From the NCBI RefSeq assembly GCF_056746865.1, contig NZ_CM163382.1: a stretch of DNA of 64,000 bases. The stretch is one strand, 5' to 3'. Below, piece after piece: positions 11,093 through 21,731 of the stretch (position 1 is its first letter; every line of letters begins with the position of its first letter). A program made the position numbers and the translations under genes. Below the pieces are notes generated by a model. It was not told the origin of the DNA and made no database searches. It saw nothing but the letters and a program-made list of their open reading frames with translations.

Positions 11093-13174
11093 ATGAAAGG
11101 TCGCCTGTTAGATGCTGTCCCGCTCAGTTCCCTAACGGGCGTTGGTGCAGCGCTTAGTAACAAGCTGGCGAAAATCAACCTGCATACCGTGCAGGATCTA
11201 CTCTTACACCTTCCCCTGCGCTACGAAGATCGCACCCATCTCTACCCCATCGGAGAACTACTACCGGGCGTTTATGCCACGGTAGAAGGCGAAGTACTGA
11301 ATTGCAATATCTCCTTCGGCGGTCGGCGGATGATGACCTGCCAGATCAGCGACGGTTCCGGCATTCTCACCATGCGCTTTTTCAACTTCAACGCGGCAAT
11401 GAAAAATAGCCTGGCGACGGGCCGCCGTGTACTGGCTTATGGCGAAGCAAAGCGCGGTAAATATGGTGCGGAGATGATCCACCCGGAATACCGCGTGCAG
11501 GGCGATCTCAGCACGCCAGAATTACAGGAAACGCTCACGCCGGTTTACCCAACTACGGAAGGCGTAAAGCAGGCCACGCTGCGTAAATTAACCGATCAGG
11601 CGCTGGATCTGCTCGACACCTGCGCCATTGAAGAACTCCTGCCGCCGGAACTGTCACAAGGAATGATGACGCTACCGGAAGCGTTGCGCACTTTGCACCG
11701 CCCGCCGCCGACGCTACAGCTTAGCGATCTCGAAACCGGGCAGCATCCAGCACAACGCCGTCTGATTCTGGAAGAACTGCTTGCGCACAACCTCAGCATG
11801 TTGGCGTTACGCGCTGGTGCACAACGTTTCCATGCCCAGCCGCTTAGCGCCAATGACGCGCTGAAAAATAAACTCCTCGCAGCCTTACCGTTCAAGCCAA
11901 CGGGCGCACAGGCACGCGTGGTGGCGGAGATCGAGCGCGATATGGCGCTGGATGCGCCGATGATGCGCCTGGTACAGGGCGATGTAGGTTCCGGTAAAAC
12001 GCTGGTCGCTGCCCTCGCCGCGCTGCGTGCGATTGCCCACGGCAAACAGGTGGCATTGATGGCACCAACCGAATTACTCGCCGAACAGCACGCCAATAAC
12101 TTCCGCAACTGGTTTGCACCGCTCGGTATCGAAGTGGGCTGGCTCGCCGGTAAACAGAAAGGTAAAGCACGGCTGGCACAGCAGGAAGCCATCGCCAGCG
12201 GTCAGGTGCAGATGATTGTCGGAACACACGCCATCTTCCAGGAACAGGTGCAGTTTAACGGCCTGGCGCTGGTGATTATCGACGAACAGCATCGTTTTGG
12301 CGTGCATCAGCGTCTGGCGTTATGGGAGAAAGGCCAGCAGCAGGGCTTCCATCCGCATCAGTTGATCATGACCGCGACGCCGATCCCCCGCACGCTGGCG
12401 ATGACCGCGTATGCCGATCTCGATACCTCGGTGATAGATGAGCTGCCGCCAGGCCGCACGCCAGTGACGACAGTGGCAATCCCGGATACGCGTCGTAACG
12501 ACATTATCGACCGCGTGCGCCACGCCTGTATGACTGAAGGGCGTCAGGCGTACTGGGTGTGCACACTCATTGAAGAGTCAGAGTTACTGGAAGCGCAGGC
12601 GGCGGAAGCTACCTGGGAAGAGTTGAAACTGGCGCTACCAGAGTTGAATGTTGGTCTGGTACACGGACGGATGAAACCAGCCGAGAAGCAGGCCGTCATG
12701 GCATCATTTAAACAAGGCGAGTTACACCTGCTGGTTGCCACTACCGTTATTGAAGTCGGCGTTGATGTGCCTAACGCCAGCCTGATGATTATCGAAAACC
12801 CGGAGCGTCTGGGTCTGGCGCAGTTGCACCAGCTTCGCGGGCGTGTAGGTCGTGGTGCGGTGGCTTCTCACTGCGTGTTGCTCTACAAAACACCGCTCTC
12901 TAAAACGGCGCAAATTCGCCTGCAGGTACTGCGCGACAGCAACGACGGTTTTGTGATTGCACAGAAAGACTTAGAGATTCGCGGACCGGGTGAACTGTTA
13001 GGTACGCGTCAGACGGGTAATGCTGAGTTTAAAGTGGCGGATTTACTGCGCGATCAGGCGATGATCCCGGAAGTTCAGCGCCTGGCGCGACATATTCACG
13101 AACGTTACCCACAACAGGCAAAAGCCCTGATAGAACGCTGGATGCCGGAGACGGAACGTTACTCGAATGCGTAA
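11093..13174 (+). CDS. recG: ATP-dependent DNA helicase RecG
   Basis: The product MKGRLLDAVPLSSLTGVGAALSNKLAKINLHTVQDLL... contains GSGKT and DEQHRFG helicase motifs. The ATG at 11093 was chosen to match RecG (693 aa). Confidence 0.97.
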   Translation: MKGRLLDAVPLSSLTGVGAALSNKLAKINLHTVQDLLLHLPLRYEDRTHLYPIGELLPGVYATVEGEVLNCNISFGGRRMMTCQISDGSGILTMRFFNFNAAMKNSLATGRRVLAYGEAKRGKYGAEMIHPEYRVQGDLSTPELQETLTPVYPTTEGVKQATLRKLTDQALDLLDTCAIEELLPPELSQGMMTLPEALRTLHRPPPTLQLSDLETGQHPAQRRLILEELLAHNLSMLALRAGAQRFHAQPLSANDALKNKLLAALPFKPTGAQARVVAEIERDMALDAPMMRLVQGDVGSGKTLVAALAALRAIAHGKQVALMAPTELLAEQHANNFRNWFAPLGIEVGWLAGKQKGKARLAQQEAIASGQVQMIVGTHAIFQEQVQFNGLALVIIDEQHRFGVHQRLALWEKGQQQGFHPHQLIMTATPIPRTLAMTAYADLDTSVIDELPPGRTPVTTVAIPDTRRNDIIDRVRHACMTEGRQAYWVCTLIEESELLEAQAAEATWEELKLALPELNVGLVHGRMKPAEKQAVMASFKQGELHLLVATTVIEVGVDVPNASLMIIENPERLGLAQLHQLRGRVGRGAVASHCVLLYKTPLSKTAQIRLQVLRDSNDGFVIAQKDLEIRGPGELLGTRQTGNAEFKVADLLRDQAMIPEVQRLARHIHERYPQQAKALIERWMPETERYSNA

Positions 13175-13177
13175 AAG

Positions 13178-13199
13178 GCGGCGGTGAGAAGACCGCCGC
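13178..13199. terminator. bidirectional hairpin between convergent recG and gltS
   Basis: GCGGCGGT-gagaag-ACCGCCGC stem-loop flanked by an A-run and a T-containing tail. Confidence 0.55.
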
Positions 13200-13207
13200 T
13201 TCATCGG

Positions 13208-14413
13208 TTAACCGGCAAAAATCGGCAACATTAAATACAGCTTAATCACCAGCGCGTTAACGATATCAATAAAGAACGCACCGACCATCGGCACTACCAG
13301 GAACGCCATGTGCGACGGGCCAAAACGTTCAGTGATCGCCTGCATGTTGGCGATTGCCGTTGGCGTTGCACCGAGGCCAAAACCACAATGACCCGCAGCC
13401 AGCACTGCCGCATCGTAGTTTTTGCCCATCATGCGCCAGGTAACGAAGATGGCATACAACGCCATGAAGATGGTCTGTACCACCAGAATCGCCAGCATCG
13501 GCAGCGCCAGCGAAGCCAGCTCCCATAGTTTCAGCCCCATCAGCGCCATCGCCAGGAACAACGACAGGCTTACGTTACCAAGCACGGATACCGCACGCTC
13601 AAAGACGCGGTAAAAGCCCATCATTGACAGACCGTTGCTCAGAATCACGCCAACAAACAGTACACAGACGAAGGTCGGCAGTTCAAAAGCAGTGCCAGCC
13701 AAAAGTTGCGCAACAATTTTCCCCACCGTCAGGCAGATAGCAATCAGCGCGATAGTTTCAATCAGCACCAGCGAGGTGATCATGCGGCCCACATCCGGCT
13801 TTTCGAACGCCGTCGGGACTTCCTGGTCATCCGGAATACCGTTCGGCGTGGTGGAGTGTTTCACCAGATAGCGCGCTACCGGACCGCCAATCAAGCCGCC
13901 CAGCACCAGACCAAACGTCGCACAGGCCATCGCCACTTCCGTCGCATTGGTGAAGCCATAACGTTCAATGAACAATTTACTCCATGCTGCTCCCGTACCG
14001 TGACCGCCGGAAAGCGTAATAGAACCGGCCAGCAGCCCCATCAGCGGATCAAGCCCTAACAGGCTAGCCATACCAATGCCAATGGCATTTTGCATCACCA
14101 ACAGACCAACAACCACAATCAAGAAGATGCCAACCACACGCCCACCGGCACGCAAACTGGCAATGTTGGCGTTCAGGCCAATGGTGGCGAAGAATGCCAG
14201 CATTAACGGATCGCGCAGGGACATATCAAAGTTGACTTCCCAGCCCATGCTTTTTTTCAGTACCAGTAGCGCCAGCGCCACCAACAAACCACCCGCAACT
14301 GGTTCCGGTATGGTGTATTTCTTCAAAAAGGAGACGGAATGGACCAACTTACGCCCGAGCAGCAACGTCAGCGTTGCGGCAACAAGCGTTGCTAAAGTAT
14401 CGAGATGAAACAT
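13208..14413 (-). CDS. gltS: sodium/glutamate symporter
   Basis: The 401-aa polytopic product MFHLDTLATLVAATLTLLLGRKLVHSVSFLKKYTIPEPVAGG... matches GltS. Confidence 0.95.
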   Translation of the reverse strand: MFHLDTLATLVAATLTLLLGRKLVHSVSFLKKYTIPEPVAGGLLVALALLVLKKSMGWEVNFDMSLRDPLMLAFFATIGLNANIASLRAGGRVVGIFLIVVVGLLVMQNAIGIGMASLLGLDPLMGLLAGSITLSGGHGTGAAWSKLFIERYGFTNATEVAMACATFGLVLGGLIGGPVARYLVKHSTTPNGIPDDQEVPTAFEKPDVGRMITSLVLIETIALIAICLTVGKIVAQLLAGTAFELPTFVCVLFVGVILSNGLSMMGFYRVFERAVSVLGNVSLSLFLAMALMGLKLWELASLALPMLAILVVQTIFMALYAIFVTWRMMGKNYDAAVLAAGHCGFGLGATPTAIANMQAITERFGPSHMAFLVVPMVGAFFIDIVNALVIKLYLMLPIFAG

Positions 14414-14623
14414 AGTTACTCCTTTGTATCCGCATCACTCTTTCATACTCGTCATACTTCATCGCGCAGTGGCAACTTATGAACTATGACGGGTATCGAG
14501 TTATGCTTTCCTGGGTCAAATTCTCAGCTGTTAATGAACAAATGGCATGGATTTTAAGCAGAAAAATACCAAAAGTTATATAAAAAAGTGCATTTATCTC
14601 ATTTAAATATTTAGATGAGGATG

Positions 14624-14639
14624 TGGCAAACGTTTGCTT
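14624..14639 (+). promoter_or_regulatory. PurR-operator-like palindrome upstream of xanP
   Basis: TGGCAAACGTTTGCTT has a perfect GCAAACGTTTGC core resembling the PurR box consensus (aCGCAAACGTTTtCgT). It lies about 55 bp upstream of the xanthine permease start. Confidence 0.5.
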
Positions 14640-14691
14640 TTATCTTTCGGTCAGCTAAAATGCCCGCTTTGCTACCACGGGATTGTTTTCG

Positions 14692-16083
14692 ATGTCTGTT
14701 TCCACCCTCGAGTCAGAAAATGCGCAACCGGTTGCGCAGACTCAAAACAGCGAACTGATTTACCGTCTTGAAGATCGTCCGCCGCTTCCTCAAACTCTGT
14801 TTGCCGCCTGTCAGCATCTGCTGGCGATGTTCGTTGCGGTGATCACGCCAGCGCTATTAATCTGCCAGGCGCTGGGTTTACCGGCACAAGACACGCAACA
14901 CATTATTAGTATGTCGCTGTTTGCCTCCGGTGTGGCATCGATTATTCAAATTAAGGCCTGGGGTCCGGTTGGCTCCGGGCTGTTGTCTATTCAGGGCACC
15001 AGCTTCAACTTTGTTGCCCCGCTGATTATGGGCGGTACCGCGCTGAAAACCGGTGGTGCTGATGTTCCTACCATGATGGCGGCTTTGTTCGGCACGTTGA
15101 TGCTGGCAAGTTGCACCGAGATGGTGATCTCCCGTGTTCTGCATCTGGCGCGCCGCATTATTACGCCGCTGGTTTCTGGCGTTGTGGTGATGATTATCGG
15201 CCTGTCGCTAATTCAGGTGGGGCTAACATCCATTGGCGGCGGTTACGCAGCCATGAGCGATAACACCTTCGGCGCACCGAAAAATCTGTTGCTGGCAGGC
15301 GTGGTCTTAGCCTTAATTATCCTGCTTAACCGTCAACGTAACCCATATTTGCGCGTGGCCTCACTGGTGATTGCGATGGCGGCCGGATATGCGCTGGCGT
15401 GGTTTATGGGCATGTTGCCAGAAAGCAACGAACCGATGACGCAAGAACTGATTATGGTACCAACGCCGCTCTATTACGGCCTTGGCATTGAATGGAGTCT
15501 GCTGCTGCCGCTGATGCTGGTCTTTATGATCACTTCGCTGGAAACCATTGGCGATATCACGGCGACCTCTGACGTTTCCGAACAGCCAGTGTCCGGTCCG
15601 CTGTACATGAAACGCCTGAAAGGCGGCGTGCTGGCAAACGGCCTGAACTCGTTTGTTTCGGCGGTATTTAACACCTTCCCGAACTCCTGCTTCGGGCAGA
15701 ACAACGGTGTGATCCAGTTGACCGGTGTTGCCAGCCGCTATGTCGGTTTTGTCGTCGCGCTGATGTTGATCGTGCTGGGTCTCTTCCCGGCGGTGAGCGG
15801 TTTTGTACAACATATTCCAGAACCGGTTCTGGGCGGCGCAACGCTTGTAATGTTTGGCACCATCGCCGCCTCCGGTGTGCGCATTGTGTCTCGTGAGCCG
15901 CTGAACCGTCGGGCGATTCTGATTATCGCGCTGTCGCTGGCGGTCGGTCTGGGCGTGTCTCAGCAGCCGCTGATTTTGCAGTTTGCCCCTGAATGGCTGA
16001 AAAACCTGCTCTCCTCCGGGATCGCCGCGGGCGGTATTACTGCCATCGTGCTGAATCTGATTTTCCCACCAGAAAAACAGTAA
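14692..16083 (+). CDS. xanP: xanthine:H+ symporter (NCS2 family)
   Basis: The product [47 protein letters not shown]... matches XanP/YicE (463 aa). Confidence 0.95.
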
Positions 16084-16203
16084 TTCACTGGCGGCGGTAA
16101 GATAATTACCGCCGCAGTCTCACCTCTTTCACCATTCCCGCCTTGAGGATTGCGCGTAAATCGTGCATAACTCCCTTATGTGCATTTCACGGGATGGAAG
16201 ACC

Positions 16204-17913
16204 ATGAAATTTATTGGGAAGCTGCTTCTCTACATTCTCATCGCTCTGTTAGTGGTGATCGCTGGCCTCTATTTTCTTCTGCAAACCCGCTGGGGAGCAG
16301 AACATATCAGCGCATGGGTTTCCGAAAATAGTGACTATCATCTGGCCTTCGGGGCGATGGATCACCGTTTTTCCGCGCCATCTCATATCGTGCTGGAGAA
16401 CGTCACGTTTGGTCGTGATGGTCAGCCCGCGACCCTGGTGGCCAAAAGTGTCGACATTGCGCTAAGCAGTCGCCAACTGACCGAATCACGCCATGTCGAT
16501 ACCATCCTGCTGGAAAACGGGACGCTGAATCTCACCGACCAGACCGCGCCGCTACCGTTCAAAGCCGATCGTCTGCAACTGCGTGATATGGCGTTTAATA
16601 GCCCGAATAGCGAATGGAAACTGAGCGCGCAGCGGGTAAATGGCGGCGTGGTTCCGTGGTCACCAGAAGCCGGTAAAGTGCTGGGTACGAAGGCGCAGAT
16701 TCAGTTTAGTGCCGGATCGCTTTCGCTCAATGATGTTCCTGCCACCAATGTACTGATTGAAGGCAGTATTGATAACGATCGCGTTACGCTGACTAACCTG
16801 GGTGCCGACATCGCCCGCGGGACATTAACCGGAAACGCGCAGCGTAACGCCGACGGCAGCTGGCAAGTGGAAAATCTGCGCATGGCGGATATCCGTCTAC
16901 AAAGCGAAAAATCGCTAACCGACTTCTTTGCGCCATTACTCTCTGTCCCGTCGTTGCAGATTGGTCGCCTGGAAGTCATCGACGCTCGCCTGCAAGGTCC
17001 GGACTGGGCGGTGACCGACCTCGATCTCAGCTTGCGCAACATGACCTTCAGTAAAGATGACTGGCAGACACAGGAAGGCAAACTGTCGATGAACGCTAGC
17101 GAGTTCATTTATGGTTCGCTGCATTTATTTGACCCGATTATAAACGCGGAATTTTCCCCGCAGGGCGTAGCGCTGCGCCAGTTCACCAGCCGCTGGGAAG
17201 GGGGCATGGTCAGAACGTCCGGAAACTGGCTGCGCAACGGGAAAACGTTGATCCTTGATGATGCGGCAATTGCCGGACTGGAATATACCTTGCCAAAAAA
17301 CTGGCAACAGTTGTGGATGGAAACGACACCGGGTTGGTTAAACAGCCTGCAACTGAAGAGATTTAGCGCCAGCCGCAATCTGATCATTGATATCGACCCT
17401 GACTTCCCGTGGCAGCTCACCGCGCTCGATGGTTACGGTGCCAACCTGACGCTGGTTACCGATCATAAATGGGGCGTCTGGAGTGGTTCGGCGAATCTGA
17501 ATGCCGCCGCCGCGACATTCAATCGTGTTGATGTTCGTCGCCCATCGCTGGCGCTGACCGCCAACAGCAGCACGGTGAATATCAGCGAACTGAGTGCATT
17601 TACTGAAAAAGGCATTCTGGAAGCCACCGCCAGTGTTTCACAAACGCCACAACGTCAGACCCATATCAGCCTGAATGGACGCGGTGTGCCGGTGAATATT
17701 TTGCAACAGTGGGGATGGCCTGAATTACCGTTGACTGGCGACGGCAATATTCAGCTTACCGCCAGCGGCGATATTCAGGCCAATATCCCGCTGAAACCTA
17801 CGGTTAGCGGGCAACTCCATGCCGTGAACGCCGCAAAGCAGCAAGTGACTCAAACCATGAATGCGGGCGTCGTTTCCAGTGGTGAAGTTACGTCGACGGA
17901 GCCGGTGCAGTAA
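16204..17913 (+). CDS. yicH: AsmA-family protein YicH
   Basis: The product MKFIGKLLLYILIALLVVIAGLYFLLQTRWGAEHISAWV... matches YicH (569 aa). Confidence 0.9.
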   Translation: MKFIGKLLLYILIALLVVIAGLYFLLQTRWGAEHISAWVSENSDYHLAFGAMDHRFSAPSHIVLENVTFGRDGQPATLVAKSVDIALSSRQLTESRHVDTILLENGTLNLTDQTAPLPFKADRLQLRDMAFNSPNSEWKLSAQRVNGGVVPWSPEAGKVLGTKAQIQFSAGSLSLNDVPATNVLIEGSIDNDRVTLTNLGADIARGTLTGNAQRNADGSWQVENLRMADIRLQSEKSLTDFFAPLLSVPSLQIGRLEVIDARLQGPDWAVTDLDLSLRNMTFSKDDWQTQEGKLSMNASEFIYGSLHLFDPIINAEFSPQGVALRQFTSRWEGGMVRTSGNWLRNGKTLILDDAAIAGLEYTLPKNWQQLWMETTPGWLNSLQLKRFSASRNLIIDIDPDFPWQLTALDGYGANLTLVTDHKWGVWSGSANLNAAAATFNRVDVRRPSLALTANSSTVNISELSAFTEKGILEATASVSQTPQRQTHISLNGRGVPVNILQQWGWPELPLTGDGNIQLTASGDIQANIPLKPTVSGQLHAVNAAKQQVTQTMNAGVVSSGEVTSTEPVQ

Positions 17914-17965
17914 AAATCAATCTCGCCGGGTACGACTCAGACGTACCCGGCATTCCGTCAATAGA

Positions 17966-19144
17966 TTACAACGTAATTGTCAGCGCATTCCCTTGAGGCG
18001 TCACCACCAGCCCCTGCTCACTTTCAGCCTGCGAACCGCCTTGCAGACCATTTACTTTCACAACATTGCGCAAGCACAGTGTCCAGTTCTTCGCCTCGCC
18101 CGCACCAGTCACAGTAATCGTGTTACCAGTACGTGTTGCTTTTAGAGTAAAGATCACCGAACCGTCAGCAGCGGGCACTTCACAAAGAGCTTCATGCCCG
18201 TCTTGCAGATTAAAGAGATGGAATGCCGTGCCTTCGTGCCACGCGTAATCGGGACGTTGCTCGTTGTTGCCCAGCGCCAGTAGGGTGTTATCACGCACAT
18301 AAACGGGCAGACTCAGGAAGCTGTGCTGCTGTTTATGCCAGCGACTACCATCGAGTTCATCGTTGTGCCACAGATGTGTCCAGCGACCTTCCGGCAAGTA
18401 GAACTGCACATCGCCCGCTTCAGTGAACACCGGAGCAACCATCACGTTGTCGCCTAACATGTATTGACGGTCAAGGTAATCACAAGCCGGATCGTCCGGG
18501 AACTCCATCATCATGGCCCGCATCATCGGCGTACCCCGCGCGTTCGCACGAGCAGCTTCACGATACAGATACGGCATCATGCGGCATTTCAGTTGCGTGA
18601 AGAAGCGCACCACATCACAGGACTCATCATCATAGGCCCACGGCACACGATAAGATTTGCTGCCATGTAAACGGCTATGGCTGGAGAGCAAACCAAACGC
18701 GCACCAGCGTTTGTAAACGTGCGCCGGAGCGGTATTCTCAAAGCCGCCGATATCGTGGCTCCAGAAGCCAAAACCTGAAAGGCCAATAGACAAACCACCG
18801 CGCAGGCTTTCCGCCATTGATTCGTAGTTAGCGTAACAGTCGCCACCCCAGTGTACCGGGAATTTCTGCGCACCAACGGAGGCCGAGCGAGCAAACAAGA
18901 CGGCTTCTTCCTGGCCAACGGTTTCCTTGAGCACGTTCCACACCAGTTCGTTGTAGATGTACGCATAATGGTTATGCATTTTCTGCGGATCGGAACCGTC
19001 AAACCATTGAACATCGGTTGGAATACGTTCGCCAAAGTCAGTCTTAAAGCAATCAACGCCCATCGCGACCAGACCTTTCAGTTTGTCGGCGTACCATTTG
19101 CAGGCATCCGGATTGGTAAAGTCATAAATCGCCAGACCTGGCTG
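17966..19144 (-). pseudogene. yicI: alpha-xylosidase YicI, C-terminal portion (gene split by IS4)
   Basis: The frame reads QPGLAIYDFTNPDACKWYADKLKGLVAMGVDCFKTDFGERIP... directly from the IS4 junction (392 codons). Together with the N-terminal part, minus the duplicated QPGL, this gives 772 aa, the length I recall for YicI. Confidence 0.92.
19133..19144. repeat. IS4 target-site duplication, left copy (CAGACCTGGCTG)
   Basis: An identical 12-mer occurs at 20571-20582, immediately flanking the IS4 inverted repeats. Confidence 0.95.
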
Positions 19145-20570
19145 TAATGCCGATCAGTTAAGGATCAGTTGACCGATCCAGTGGCTGTGTAAGAATCCGG
19201 AAACGCTCACTTGTTTCCGGATTTTTTTATGCACATTGGACAGGCTCTTGATCTGGTATCCCGTTACGATTCTCTGCGTAACCCACTGACTTCTCTGGGG
19301 GATTACCTCGACCCCGAACTCATCTCTCGTTGCCTTGCCGAATCAGGTACTGTAACGCTACGCAAGCGCCGTCTTCCCCTCGAAATGATGGTCTGGTGTA
19401 TTGTTGGCATGGCGCTTGAGCGTAAAGAACCTCTTCACCAGATTGTGAATCGCCTGGACATCATGCTGCCGGGCAATCGCCCCTTCGTTGCCCCCAGTGC
19501 CGTTATTCAGGCCCGCCAGCGCCTGGGAAGTGAGGCTGTCCGCCGCGTGTTCACGAAAACAGCGCAGCTCTGGCATAACGCCACGCCGCATCCGCACTGG
19601 TGCGGCCTGACCCTGCTGGCCATCGATGGTGTGTTCTGGCGCACACCGGATACACCAGAGAACGATGCAGCCTTCCCCCGCCAGACACATGCCGGGAACC
19701 CGGCGCTCTACCCGCAGGTCAAAATGGTCTGCCAGATGGAACTGACCAGCCATCTGCTGACGGCTGCAGCCTTCGGCACGATGAAGAACAGCGAAAATGA
19801 GCTTGCTGAGCAACTTATAGAACAAACCGGCGATAACACTCTGACGTTAATGGATAAAGGTTATTACTCACTGGGACTGTTAAATGCCTGGAGCCTGGCG
19901 GGAGAACACCGCCACTGGATGATACCTCTCAGAAAGGGAGCGCAATATGAAGAGATCAGAAAACTGGGTAAAGGCGATCATCTGGTGAAGCTGAAAACCA
20001 GCCCGCAGGCACGAAAAAAGTGGCCGGGACTGGGAAATGAAGTGACTGCCCGCCTGCTGACCGTGACGCGCAAAGGAAAAGTCTGCCATCTGCTGACGTC
20101 GATGACGGACGCCATGCGCTTCCCCGGAGGAGAAATGGGGGATCTGTACAGTCATCGCTGGGAAATCGAACTGGGATACAGGGAGATAAAACAGACGATG
20201 CAACGGAGCAGGCTGACGCTGAGAAGTAAAAAGCCGGAGCTTGTGGAGCAAGAGCTGTGGGGTGTCTTACTGGCTTATAATCTGGTGAGATATCAGATGA
20301 TTAAAATGGCGGAACATCTGAAAGGTTACTGGCCGAATCAACTGAGTTTCTCAGAATCATGCGGAATGGTGATGAGAATGCTGATGACATTGCAGGGCGC
20401 TTCACCGGGACGTATACCGGAGCTGATGCGCGATCTTGCAAGTATGGGACAACTTGTGAAATTACCGACAAGAAGGGAAAGGGCCTTCCCGAGAGTGGTA
20501 AAGGAGAGGCCCTGGAAATACCCCACAGCCCCGAAAAAGAGCCAGTCAGTTGCTTAACTGACTGGCATTA
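19145..20570 (+). mobile_element. IS4, complete copy (1426 bp)
   Basis: The terminal inverted repeats are TAATGCCGATCAGTTAAG (19145-19162) and CTTAACTGACTGGCATTA (20553-20570), matching at 16 of 18 positions. The 1426-bp length equals canonical IS4, a single DDE transposase ORF is present, and a 12-bp TSD flanks the element. Confidence 0.95.
19229..20557 (+). CDS. insG: IS4 transposase
   Basis: The 442-aa product [50 protein letters not shown]... is recognised as IS4 InsG. Confidence 0.93.
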   Translation: MHIGQALDLVSRYDSLRNPLTSLGDYLDPELISRCLAESGTVTLRKRRLPLEMMVWCIVGMALERKEPLHQIVNRLDIMLPGNRPFVAPSAVIQARQRLGSEAVRRVFTKTAQLWHNATPHPHWCGLTLLAIDGVFWRTPDTPENDAAFPRQTHAGNPALYPQVKMVCQMELTSHLLTAAAFGTMKNSENELAEQLIEQTGDNTLTLMDKGYYSLGLLNAWSLAGEHRHWMIPLRKGAQYEEIRKLGKGDHLVKLKTSPQARKKWPGLGNEVTARLLTVTRKGKVCHLLTSMTDAMRFPGGEMGDLYSHRWEIELGYREIKQTMQRSRLTLRSKKPELVEQELWGVLLAYNLVRYQMIKMAEHLKGYWPNQLSFSESCGMVMRMLMTLQGASPGRIPELMRDLASMGQLVKLPTRRERAFPRVVKERPWKYPTAPKKSQSVA

Positions 20571-20582
20571 CAGACCTGGCTG
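20571..20582. repeat. IS4 target-site duplication, right copy (CAGACCTGGCTG)
   Basis: Identical to 19133-19144. Confidence 0.95.
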
Positions 20583-21722
20583 CCATTTATCCCACTGCCA
20601 CAGCGAACCGTCCGGGCGTTTGAGTAAATAGCCTTTCTCTTGTAACTCTTTAAAGACAGGGGATTTTTGCCCGATATAGGGGTTAATCCAGACGCAGATT
20701 TTCAGCCCTTTCGCTTTCAGGCGGCGGATCATCCCTTCCGGGTCCGGGAAAGTCAGCGGGTCCCACTCAAAATCGCACCACTGGAAGGCTTTCATCCAGA
20801 AACAGTCAAAGTGGAAAACATGCAGTGGCAGATTGCGTTCCGCCATACCATCGATAAAGCTGTTTACCGTCGCTTCGTCGTAGTTGGTGGTAAATGAAGT
20901 GGTTAGCCACAGACCGAAGGACCACGCGGGCGGCAGCGCCGGACGACCAGTAAAACGGGTATAACGATCAAGTACCGCTTTCGGCGTCGGGCCGTCGATA
21001 ACAAAGTATTCGAGATATTCACTCTCAACGCTGAACTGCACTTTGGAGACTTTCTCCGCTCCCACTTCAAAAGAGACGCATTGAGGATGATTGACCAGTA
21101 CCCCATAACCACGGTTAGTCATATAGAACGGGATATTTTTATACGCCTGTTCAGTACTTGTGCCGCCGTCCCGGTTCCAGGTCTCTACCGTCTGGCCATT
21201 GCGCACCAGGGCAGTAAAGCGCTCACCCAGACCGTAAACTGTTTCGCCAACGCCAAGATCCAGCCGCTCAAACATATAATTTCGTTGATTATTCGTGTCC
21301 TGCACGTAGCCATTATTTTTCACCTGACTACCGGTAATACGTTCGCCGTTGCGCAGAAAATCCAGTGACCAGAACTCACCTTTGCTGACACGCGCGCTTA
21401 AGTTGCCACTTTTAAACTCAGCGTAACGTTCTGTGTTTTCGATTGTGACCTTCACGTCCTGCAAAATATTGAGCGGATAATGAGGACCGTTATTCAGCGC
21501 CCCCTGAAAATGCTCAATCCGTACACCGACAATACCTTCCTGTGGGGAGAAAAAGCGCAGCGTAAATAAAGGCGTATCAAGCTGCCAGGTTCGTTCACGC
21601 ACATCACGGGGGGCAGCATAGACCACCATTTCATTACCCTGCTGTTCAACCTCGAACACCTGAAGCGGGTGAATCAAATTGAGGCCAGGTTGAATCAACC
21701 AGTTTCCATCGCTAATTTTCAT
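20571..21722 (-). pseudogene. yicI: alpha-xylosidase YicI, N-terminal portion (gene split by IS4)
   Basis: The 384 codons [40 protein letters not shown]...WDKWQPGL run into a stop codon supplied by the IS4 end (20568-20570). Confidence 0.92.
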
Positions 21723-21731
21723 TGCCGTTCC

